This document shows, in pieces, positions 39,485 through 46,442 of a stretch of 64,000 nt of DNA. Source of the DNA: an uncultured Candidatus Bathyarchaeia archaeon (GTDB lineage: Archaea; Thermoproteota; Bathyarchaeia; Bathyarchaeales; Bathyarchaeaceae). The stretch covers positions 1,813-65,812 of the forward strand of contig CAZEBS010000004.1 of NCBI GenBank assembly GCA_964510635.1. Reading direction: 5' to 3'. The translations under genes were made by a program, and so were the position numbers. Numbering within the stretch: position 1 is the first letter of the stretch; each line of letters opens with the position of its first letter. The notes below the pieces were generated by a model. The model saw nothing but the letters and a program-made list of their open reading frames with translations, had not been told where the DNA came from and searched no databases.

Positions 39485-39487
39485 AGT

Positions 39488-39763
39488 TTATTCAAGACGT
39501 TTAAGTATGTGGTAGCCGAACTGGGTTTTCACTATTCCCGAGATTTGTCCTTTGTCGAGGGCGAAGGCTGCTTTTTCGAATTCTTTTACCATTTGTCCTC
39601 TGCCGAATGTTCCAAGGTCTCCGCCACGTTTTTTGGAGGGGCAAAGTGAAACGTCTTTGGCTATGGCCGAAAACTTTTCTCCCTTCTTCAGGCGTTCCAA
39701 AACGTTGTTTACTTCTTTTTCTGTTTTCACAAGAATGTGAGCACAATGAACTTTGTTTGACAT
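39488..39763 (-). CDS. parvulin-type peptidyl-prolyl cis-trans isomerase
   Basis: CAHILVKTEKE...GGDLGTFGRGQMVKEFEKAAF...IVKTQFGYHILK matches the single-domain archaeal parvulin pattern. Confidence 0.85.
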   Translation of the reverse strand: MSNKVHCAHILVKTEKEVNNVLERLKKGEKFSAIAKDVSLCPSKKRGGDLGTFGRGQMVKEFEKAAFALDKGQISGIVKTQFGYHILKRLE

Positions 39764-39885
39764 AAAGAACCCTTACCATAGATGCTTTATAACAATTATG
39801 GGCTAGCATCCATCACCACTGAATCATAAAACGAAGACTGTCAGTAGGGCTTAAATACAAAGAACACCTTGTCTACTCTGTAAGG

Positions 39886-39976
39886 TGCATGGGGAGCTGG
39901 GTGAACCCGGCTGAGAGGACAACTACCTTGTTGTCGACCCTACGAACCTGATCCAGGTAATGCTGGCGGAGGGAAA
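39886..39976 (+). promoter_or_regulatory. TPP (THI-box) riboswitch aptamer
   Basis: GGGGAGC...GGCTGAGAGG-(GACAAC/GTTGTC hairpin)-ACCCTACGAACCTGATCCAGGTAATGCTGGCGGAGGGA reproduces the conserved CUGAGA, ACCUGAUC.GG.UAAUGC..GCG.AGGGA core. A TTAAATA box lies at 39851-39857. Confidence 0.85.
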
Positions 39977-39983
39977 AGAAAAG

Positions 39984-40511
39984 TTGAAAACAAGTAATTA
40001 TAATCTATCAACAAAAATAATTGCAGAGGCAGTTATGTTTGTGGCTCTTGCCACAGTTTTAAGTTTCTTCAAAATTTTTGAGATGCCACAAGGAGGCTCC
40101 GTAACCTTGGCTTCGATGGTGCCGATTCTGTGGCTAGCCATACGGAGAGGACCCATAGTAGGATTATTCGCAGCTATATTGTACGGCGTAGTCCAGCTGG
40201 TAGTTGACCCCAGTGGAGTATATTATCCCGCACAGGCGCTGCTAGATTATCCAGTCGCGTTTGGTTTGCTGGGGCTTGCAGGCTTCTTCCAGAAACATCC
40301 CTTTATTGGCGTAAACGTGGGAATACTCGGGCGTTTTGTGGCCCATTTCTTTTCAGGCATAATCTTCTTTGCTCAGTACACACCAGAAGGAATGCACCCT
40401 GCGATATACTCGGCTGCATACAATGGAGGCTATCTGCTAGCCGAGCTTGTGATAACAATCTACATATTTTACTTGCTGCAAGAAAGCAAAGTGTTGAAAA
40501 TCTACTTGTGA
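39984..40511 (+). CDS. thiT: thiamine transporter ThiT (ECF S-component-like)
   Basis: FKIFEMPQGGSVTLASMVPILWLAIRRGP and six hydrophobic helices. TTG at 39984 lies 9 nt after the GGAGGG at 39969-39974. The track ATG at 39960 sits inside the riboswitch aptamer. Confidence 0.75.
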   Translation: MKTSNYNLSTKIIAEAVMFVALATVLSFFKIFEMPQGGSVTLASMVPILWLAIRRGPIVGLFAAILYGVVQLVVDPSGVYYPAQALLDYPVAFGLLGLAGFFQKHPFIGVNVGILGRFVAHFFSGIIFFAQYTPEGMHPAIYSAAYNGGYLLAELVITIYIFYLLQESKVLKIYL

Positions 40512-40524
40512 GGGAGAAAACAGG

Positions 40525-41529
40525 GTGGGGAAGCTCCCAAACGAAGACCTCAAAAAACTATTGAAATGCATCAAAAAGGATTCTCGTGTGGTTGTTTCGC
40601 CTCAGCTTGGTTTCGACGCTGGAGTCCACATGCTAGACGATGGCAGGTACCTTGTTGTCTCTACAGACCCATGCATTGGAGTTCCTGAAGAGTGGTTCGG
40701 CTGGTTTCTAATCAATTACGTAGCCTCTGACAATGCCCTCTTCGGAGCCAAAACCGAGTTCTGCACAATCAATCTACTGGGGTCCCCATCAACAACACCT
40801 TCAGTTTTCCACAGGACTATGCAGCAAGCATGCGACGCTGCCAACGAACATGGAACAGCTATCGTAACGGGGCACACAGGAACATACGCTGGCGTGTCAA
40901 CTCTGGTTGGAGTATGCACAGGCTACGGTTACGTTGACAAAGAACGGCTGAAAACGCCTGGAGACGCCAGACCAGACGACCACATAGTATGTGTCAAACC
41001 CATCGGCTTAGAAACTGCAGTGAATTTTGCTTTAACCCATGAGACATTGGCTGAAAAACTCTTTGGAACAAAACAAACCAGAAAACTTGCGAAACTTGTT
41101 ACTATGCAAAGTTGCGTTAAAGAGGCGCTGCTCCTCGCGGAAATCGAGGGAGTACATGCTATGCATGATGCCACTGAAGGCGGATTAACGGCTGCATTGA
41201 ATGAGATGGCTGAAGCATCAGGTGTGGGCTTCAGGGTTGAGTGGGAGAAAATCTTGTTTACCGAAGAAGTTAAGGATTTGAGAGCATTTTATCGGTTGTC
41301 CGACAAACAGGTGCTGTCTATGTCCTCCACTGGCACGTTCGTGGCTGCTGTCAGTCCTGAAGACAGAAACAGGGTGGAGACGGTTCTGCGACAAAACAGT
41401 ATCGAAGCGAGGTTCATTGGTTCCTTCACAGAAGATATGGAGCGTGTTCTAGTCAAAAGCGGGGAAGAAGCAATGTTTCCGAGGACTGCTGATGATCCCT
41501 ACGCTAAAGTAATGTCTGGAGAATTGTAG
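40525..41529 (+). CDS. AIR-synthase-related (PurM/HypE/ThiL superfamily) protein
   Basis: MGKLPNEDLKKLL, GFDAGVHMLDDGRYLVVSTDP, NYVASDNALFGAKTEF and AMHDATEGGL. GTG start 13 nt after the thiT stop. Confidence 0.75.
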   Translation: MGKLPNEDLKKLLKCIKKDSRVVVSPQLGFDAGVHMLDDGRYLVVSTDPCIGVPEEWFGWFLINYVASDNALFGAKTEFCTINLLGSPSTTPSVFHRTMQQACDAANEHGTAIVTGHTGTYAGVSTLVGVCTGYGYVDKERLKTPGDARPDDHIVCVKPIGLETAVNFALTHETLAEKLFGTKQTRKLAKLVTMQSCVKEALLLAEIEGVHAMHDATEGGLTAALNEMAEASGVGFRVEWEKILFTEEVKDLRAFYRLSDKQVLSMSSTGTFVAAVSPEDRNRVETVLRQNSIEARFIGSFTEDMERVLVKSGEEAMFPRTADDPYAKVMSGEL

Positions 41530-41558
41530 AATTTATCTGCTGTTAAGCTCTGCAGTTT

Positions 41559-42359
41559 CTATTTGTTTACTATGGTAATTTCTTTGCCTACGCTTAGTTT
41601 CATTCCGTCAAAGGCGGCTACTGTCGTGACACCTGTTTTTTCTTCGATCAGTTTTATTTCGCGGTTTGGTCCGCTGAAGAGCATTTTCATTCCGAAGTGG
41701 GTTGCTACAGCCATTTCAGGCTTTACAGCTTCAACGATTTTTATGGCTTCTTCTGGTGTCATGTGCCCTGTCCATGGGCTTCCTAGGGGTCTCATAACGG
41801 AAATGATAAGGATTCTAACGCCCATGTATTCTTTTTCGATGCCTTCGAAATATTCTGTGTCCGCTGTGTATCCTATGGCTCCGACCTCTGGGATTTCGAA
41901 CCTGAAACCAACCGATTCGGAGTCAGTGTGTTTGGCTTCTGTTGCAACTATTTCTGTGTCGCCCACCGTGAAGTTGACTCCAGGCTTAACGGTTATCACA
42001 TTTTCTATCATCCGTTGATGGTATGTGGAGATTGCGGGTCCAGTTTCTGCGTTTCCGAGGAGGATGTTGGGGGGTGCAGCTATTACTCCCCGTTTCTTTA
42101 GCATGCCTCGGGTCATGGCTTCAATTAGGATTTCTGCGTCGCTGTAGTGGTCTGGGTGTCTGTGAGAAACCAGCACTGCCTCAAGTTTTTGGGGATTCAA
42201 GCCCGCGTTTAGGGAGTATATGAGGGCGCCTGGACCTGGGTCAACGTGGATGTTGAGGCGGTTGGATAGGATGCGTATTCCTCCAGTTTGTCTTTTCTGG
42301 GTTATGGTGGTGAATCTTCCGCCTCCTGTTCCCAAAAACACAATTTCAGTTTCGCTCAT
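41559..42359 (-). CDS. MBL-fold metallo-hydrolase
   Basis: IVFLGTGGG...IHVDPGPG...VLVSHRHPDHYSD (HxHxDH) ...ATHFG. Confidence 0.8.
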   Translation of the reverse strand: MSETEIVFLGTGGGRFTTITQKRQTGGIRILSNRLNIHVDPGPGALIYSLNAGLNPQKLEAVLVSHRHPDHYSDAEILIEAMTRGMLKKRGVIAAPPNILLGNAETGPAISTYHQRMIENVITVKPGVNFTVGDTEIVATEAKHTDSESVGFRFEIPEVGAIGYTADTEYFEGIEKEYMGVRILIISVMRPLGSPWTGHMTPEEAIKIVEAVKPEMAVATHFGMKMLFSGPNREIKLIEEKTGVTTVAAFDGMKLSVGKEITIVNK

Positions 42360-42496
42360 TTTTTTGCACCGAGGATACGGTAAGTGAGGGGCAATTGTTG
42401 TTAATTATTGGTGCTGAGTCGTTATAAGGCTTTGAATTGTTTGGAGCAGAGAATGTTATATTCTATTGCTGTGAAGTATCTTGTGAGGTTTCAGCT

Positions 42497-43171
42497 GTGA
42501 AGGTTGTGGTTCGTGTTGGCGGCTCGGTTGTGGGTTCCCCACTTAACGCTTCAATGATGAACAGATACGTTAGTTTATTGAAGGATTTGAAAAATCAGGG
42601 ACATGATGTCGCGGCGGTTGTGGGCGGTGGTTCCTTGGCTCGGGAGTTCATCAAAGTGGCTGCTTATCTTGGATTAGAGGAAGAGCGTAGAGACTGGGTG
42701 GCGATTCATGTTTCGCGAGTGTTTGCTCAGTTGTTTGTGTTGGGTTTGGGTGAAGCTGGCTGTGGAGTGGTGCCTGTTAGTTTGGATGAGGCTGAGGATT
42801 GCCTAAAGAAAGGGAAGATTGTTGTTATGGGCGGTTTGCGTCCTGGAATGACGACGGACACTGTGGCTGCACTACTTGGGGAACGTGTGAAGGCTGATTT
42901 GCTGGTGAAGGGCTCGAACGTGGACGGCATATACACGAAGGACCCGCGGAAGTATTCTGATGCAAAAAAAGTGGACAAGCTAATGTTTGAGGAGCTTGCG
43001 GGTCTGTTTGACGAAAAACAGCACAAGGCGGGAATTAACCAGATTATTGACCCTGAGGCTGTGAGGATTCTAGCCAAAATCAGGTTGAAGACAATAGTTG
43101 TGGACGGCTATGACACTGCCAATCTTGTGTTTGCTGTTGAGGGCAGACAGGTTGGGACAGTAATCGAGTGA
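42497..43171 (+). CDS. pyrH: UMP kinase, archaeal type
   Basis: VKVVVRVGGSVV, VVGGGSLAREF, VVMGGLRPGMTTD and DGIYTKDP. GTG at 42497 gives the expected length of about 224 aa. Confidence 0.9.
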   Translation: MKVVVRVGGSVVGSPLNASMMNRYVSLLKDLKNQGHDVAAVVGGGSLAREFIKVAAYLGLEEERRDWVAIHVSRVFAQLFVLGLGEAGCGVVPVSLDEAEDCLKKGKIVVMGGLRPGMTTDTVAALLGERVKADLLVKGSNVDGIYTKDPRKYSDAKKVDKLMFEELAGLFDEKQHKAGINQIIDPEAVRILAKIRLKTIVVDGYDTANLVFAVEGRQVGTVIE

Positions 43172-43224
43172 CGGCTGATAAGTAAGGCTTAAATCCGCTA
43201 TTTCATGTTTCTTTTGAGGGATGG

Positions 43225-43330
43225 GCGGCGGTAGCGAAGTCAGGTCAAACGCGGAGGACTCAAGATCAGCGTCTGATGAGCAATCCTTTCCCATAGGGGT
43301 TCGCAGGTTCGATTCCTGCCCGCCGCACCA
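43225..43330 (+). tRNA. tRNA-Leu(CAA) with an 18-nt canonical 37/38 intron and encoded CCA
   Basis: Acceptor GCGGCGG/CCGCCGC. D arm GCG-AAGTCAGGTCAAA-CGC. Anticodon stem GAGGA/TCCTT with loop CTCAAGA. Long variable arm CCCATAGGGG. T arm GCAGG-TTCGATT-CCTGC. A73 plus CCA. The intron at 43265-43282 forms a textbook BHB (CTCA/TGAG central helix, bulges AGA and CAA, inner TCAG/CTGA). Confidence 0.9.
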
Positions 43331-43502
43331 CCATTAAATTTCTGGCTTTAGCTTGAGCAAGTATGTGTGTATGCAAGAGATTTTTTCCCGTTTATATTGT
43401 ATTTCTTCTCATTGTTGTGGTTTAGGTTTGGAGTTTTATTATTAATTTTATAGAGAATTTTAGAGGAAGGTTTATCTGGACACATGCATACGGGAGCTTT
43501 TC

Positions 43503-43949
43503 ATGAACACAGAATTAAGGTTTGCTTCACAGCCGACTCTAATAGACGAACAGCCAGCAGTAAATGGTTACGTAACCAAAGAGGAATATGAGCTTTCCAA
43601 AGCATGGGGGCTCTCCACTGCCATCGACCTTCATGACTGCGACCCTGACCTACTGAAAAACGCTGAAGCAATAAAAGAATATGCTGCAAAGGTTTGTGCA
43701 CTAATAGACGCGAAACCGTGGGGTCCATGCCACGTTCAACACTTTGGAGTTAATCCAGACGTTGCAGGATATTCTATGATGCAACTTGTCGAAACTTCTT
43801 TAGTCTCTGGCCATTTCGCAAATAAGACAAACAGAATCTTCTTGGATATATTCAGTTGCAAATACTATGATGCCATCAAAGCTGCCGAATTCTCAAAAGA
43901 ATTCTTCAGAGCAAAAGATGCCACTTTCAAATGCCTTATGAGAAAGTAA
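43503..43949 (+). CDS. S-adenosylmethionine decarboxylase-family (SpeH-like pyruvoyl) proenzyme
   Basis: AIDLHDCDP...MQLVETSLVSGHFA...IFLDIFSCK matches the class 1b AdoMetDC layout (E-S processing site, DiFsC). Confidence 0.65.
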   Translation: MNTELRFASQPTLIDEQPAVNGYVTKEEYELSKAWGLSTAIDLHDCDPDLLKNAEAIKEYAAKVCALIDAKPWGPCHVQHFGVNPDVAGYSMMQLVETSLVSGHFANKTNRIFLDIFSCKYYDAIKAAEFSKEFFRAKDATFKCLMRK

Positions 43950-43972
43950 TTAGGCGCCATTAATTGTGTGTA

Positions 43973-44002
43973 CGGGTTTAGGCTAAAATTTAATCCCAAA
44001 CC
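43973..44002. repeat. GGGTTTAGGCTAAAATTTAATCCCAAACCC motif (copy 2 of 3)
   Basis: Arms GGGTTTAGG / CCCAAACCC (8 of 9 complementary) around CTAAAATTTAAT. Lies 24 nt after the stop at 43949. Confidence 0.6.
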
Positions 44003-44080
44003 CAAACTATTTATCTAGACTTTCTTTCAAAACAACGTCTACTCGTAAATCTTAGTAATTCTCTCTTTCTTCGCGTGCGC

Positions 44081-44215
44081 ATTTGAGGGTACTCTTTTTA
44101 AATGGTGCTGAGAATTAGCAAATTGAGGGGCGCGCACCAGTTCCTTAGGTTAACCACCTATTGGAACGTTATTGTATCTTTTACAGGAAATACCTCGTTT
44201 GTGTGCGTCCCTGCC
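44081..44215 (+). repeat. diverged direct repeat, copy A (partner 44950-45075)
   Basis: Collinear anchors shared with copy B: gtgctgagaatt (44104), cagttcctt (44137), ttattgt (44169) and gtttgtgtg (44196). A further aattaggcgc anchor is at 43947. Confidence 0.55.
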
Positions 44216-44247
44216 CCCATTTAGCACACAAGATTAAAAAACTCAAT

Positions 44248-44823
44248 CTAGTCCTTCAATTCTCTCTCGATTACCAAAAGCTTGACCAAATCTCTTTCTA
44301 GGAAACTTACCCACTCCTTCTCATGATGAAAGTCAGCATTATCACTAACTAATCGAATAGCACAAGAATAGTTACCATTAACAAATCCCTTGCAATCAGA
44401 ATCCTTTGCAGGAATTTTGCCGCATTTTGCCTTACACAATTTCTCCACGTAACTACATAATGTAGAGTAAACTCTTTCTGGCTTAAAATCAGGTGAATAA
44501 TTCTCTGAAAAAAGTTCAATGTTAGCTCTCTTCATCTCTCTTTTAGCCCCATTAGTGAATTTTTTTCCGATCAAGATTCCCTTGTCGTAAGCGTTAGTCT
44601 CTAAAAAGTCAATCATTTCCCGAACAGCATCTACGCCGACATAACCTGATTTAGATCTGGCTTCTGTTATTGCACGTATCAAGATTTTCTTATCGTTTTT
44701 GGAAGATGAAACAGTGAAATCTACACTTCGCTCTTTTATCTTAGTTCGTTTTCTATCATAATCTCTCATAACCGAAATCAAGTTAGCTTTCTTTACAGGT
44801 TCTTGAATCATTTTGGAATCCAC
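44248..44823 (-). CDS. restriction-endonuclease-like (Mrr-cat-type) protein with a Cys-rich C-terminal domain
   Basis: DFTVSS...KKILIRAITEARSKSGYVGVDAVREMIDFL...YDKGILIGKKFTNGAKREM resembles the Mrr/restriction-endonuclease core. Visibly more AT-rich than its neighbours. Confidence 0.5.
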   Translation of the reverse strand: MDSKMIQEPVKKANLISVMRDYDRKRTKIKERSVDFTVSSSKNDKKILIRAITEARSKSGYVGVDAVREMIDFLETNAYDKGILIGKKFTNGAKREMKRANIELFSENYSPDFKPERVYSTLCSYVEKLCKAKCGKIPAKDSDCKGFVNGNYSCAIRLVSDNADFHHEKEWVSFLERDLVKLLVIERELKD

Positions 44824-44949
44824 TTAAAACTATGTCAAAACACAAAAACGTGGATTAACAAAGCACATAAATTATATTCTCACCATCACAGATAAACACT
44901 TGGTTTCAATTAGGCGCTTTTTTCCTTCTGTAATTATGTCACTTAATGG

Positions 44950-45075
44950 CGGGATGTAGGGTTTATAAAGAGTGTTGAGAATTGAGAAGAAGGCGTACAC
45001 AGCAGTTCCTTTAACATTATTGTGTGTTTTGTTTTAGAGACTGGCTCTATGAGTTTGTGTGGACCACTTTTCCAT
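44950..45075 (+). repeat. diverged direct repeat, copy B (partner 44081-44215)
   Basis: Anchors gtgttgagaatt (44972), cagttcctt (45003), ttattgt (45018) and gtttgtgtg (45053), plus aattaggcgc at 44908. Order and spacing match copy A. Confidence 0.55.
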
Positions 45076-45134
45076 ACGCGTGTGCTCCCAGCAAATCATA
45101 AACTGATGCCACATGTCAAATAGGAGGTGAATTT

Positions 45135-45320
45135 ATGCCTTCACATGGTTCGTTATCCAAAGCAGGTAAAATCCGTAACCTAACTCCCAAAGTAGAGGGA
45201 AAAGAGAGACACAACGATGGACCAAGAGTCACCAATCGCAACAATTATCACAAAAGGTTTGTCCTAGACCGAGGAAATGGCCAATACAAACCTGGAAAAA
45301 GACGCCGACGCCGCAGATAA
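45135..45320 (+). CDS. rps30e: 30S ribosomal protein eS30
   Basis: MPSHGSLSKAGKIRNLTPKVE...RRRRRR. GGAGGTGA lies 5 nt upstream of the ATG. Confidence 0.85.
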   Translation: MPSHGSLSKAGKIRNLTPKVEGKERHNDGPRVTNRNNYHKRFVLDRGNGQYKPGKRRRRRR

Positions 45321-45480
45321 ATAAAAATACTTTAGAATATGAAACCAATTAAACAATCAATTATTTTCTTCTATCTATTTTCGTTTTTCTTTTTGTTCCT
45401 CATAGAGCGAGAGACAGAGAGAGGGGACCTGTGGGCACACACACGCGCACGCGGGCACAAGAGCAGGTATGAATGGGTGT

Positions 45481-45504
45481 GGGTTTGGGGCTAAAATTTA
45501 ATCC
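45481..45504. repeat. GGGTTTGGGGCTAAAATTTAATCC motif (copy 3 of 3)
   Basis: Same 24-nt core as the copies at 39462 and 43973. Preceded by a 19-nt strictly alternating purine/pyrimidine tract at 45435-45453. Confidence 0.6.
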
Positions 45505-45632
45505 AAGCCAATTTTTTTCAATTTAAGGGTCTCCATTAAGCCATGCTTGACTGCCCGCTACACCACCAATTAGTTTCAGGTGTGCGAATTTTTATATGAA
45601 AAGTCGGTGCATACGGTATAGGGGGTGCTTTT

Positions 45633-46400
45633 GTGGTGTTGAACAGGACAGTTTTCTTTCAGGTCGTTAATGTTGTTGCCTTTGTACTGATGATTGTTGT
45701 GAATGGGTTGGCTGGAAGCACAACAGTGCTCGGCGGCGTGACGAGCGCTGATGTTTCTGACATGTACCCGACCCTGATTACTCCTGCAGGCTTCACCTTC
45801 GCCATCTGGGGTATCATCTACATTCTTCTGCTGCTTTTCACGGTTTATCAGCTTCTGCCCAAAAACAGGGACAAGCCCTTCCTGCAGCAGATTGGCTTGT
45901 TTTTTGCCTTAAGCAGTGTATTCAATATTTCTTGGCTGTTCCTTTGGCACTACGATTATGTTACTTACAGTCTGGTTTTGATGGCTGCGCTGTTGGCGTC
46001 CCTGATTCTCGTCTATCTGCGGCTGGGCATCGGCAAAACTACTGTCTCCCTTAAAGAGATGGCTTTTGTTCAGTTGCCCTTCAGCGTCTACTTGGGGTGG
46101 ATTAGCATCGCAACCATAGCAAACGTGTCTGTGGCTTTGACGGCTGTTGGCTGGGACGGATGGGGCATTGAAGCGTCTGCGTGGGCTGTGGCTATAATCT
46201 GTGTGGCCCTGCTTCTGTCTTTGGCTGTGCTTGTGACAAGAAAGGACGTAGCATACTGTTTCGTGGTTGTCTGGGCTCTGCTGGGCATACTAATTAAACA
46301 GAGTGAACAAGAATCCATTGTTTTGGCTTCAGAGATAGGTATTGTGCTTCTTCTTGCTGCCATCGGAGTAACAGTTGCCTCTTCAAGACTTAAACGATAA
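45633..46400 (+). CDS. polytopic membrane protein, possibly a TspO/MBR-related tryptophan-rich protein
   Basis: Seven hydrophobic segments. YPTLITPAGFTFAIWGIIYILL and NISWLFLWHY resemble long TspO-like proteins. The assignment is weak. Confidence 0.5.
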   Translation: MVLNRTVFFQVVNVVAFVLMIVVNGLAGSTTVLGGVTSADVSDMYPTLITPAGFTFAIWGIIYILLLLFTVYQLLPKNRDKPFLQQIGLFFALSSVFNISWLFLWHYDYVTYSLVLMAALLASLILVYLRLGIGKTTVSLKEMAFVQLPFSVYLGWISIATIANVSVALTAVGWDGWGIEASAWAVAIICVALLLSLAVLVTRKDVAYCFVVVWALLGILIKQSEQESIVLASEIGIVLLLAAIGVTVASSRLKR

Positions 46401-46442
46401 AACAGCCATCCTATTCAATGGTTCATGGGTGACAGCTGCTTG

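Noticed and set aside
39960-39983. ATG at 39960 as the thiT start codon (ORF-track start)
   Set aside because: It lies inside the conserved GGUAAUGCUGG helix of the riboswitch aptamer, and the SD-like GGAGGG is downstream of it. TTG at 39984 (or ATG at 40035) is more plausible. This remains unproven.
43269-43276. CTGATGA (box-C-like) inside the tRNA-Leu intron, considered as a C/D box guide RNA
   Set aside because: The intron is only 18 nt, with no box D and no room for a guide. The match is part of the BHB helices.
43070-43294. 74-aa minus-strand ORF
   Set aside because: It overlaps the 3' end of pyrH and runs through the tRNA-Leu gene, and the tRNA structure explains the sequence.
43947-45632. 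Calling the endonuclease islet a mobile element
   Set aside because: There is no integrase, transposase, terminal inverted repeats or clear target-site duplication. Only diverged direct repeats and a composition shift are present, so it is reported as a finding rather than annotated as a mobile_element.
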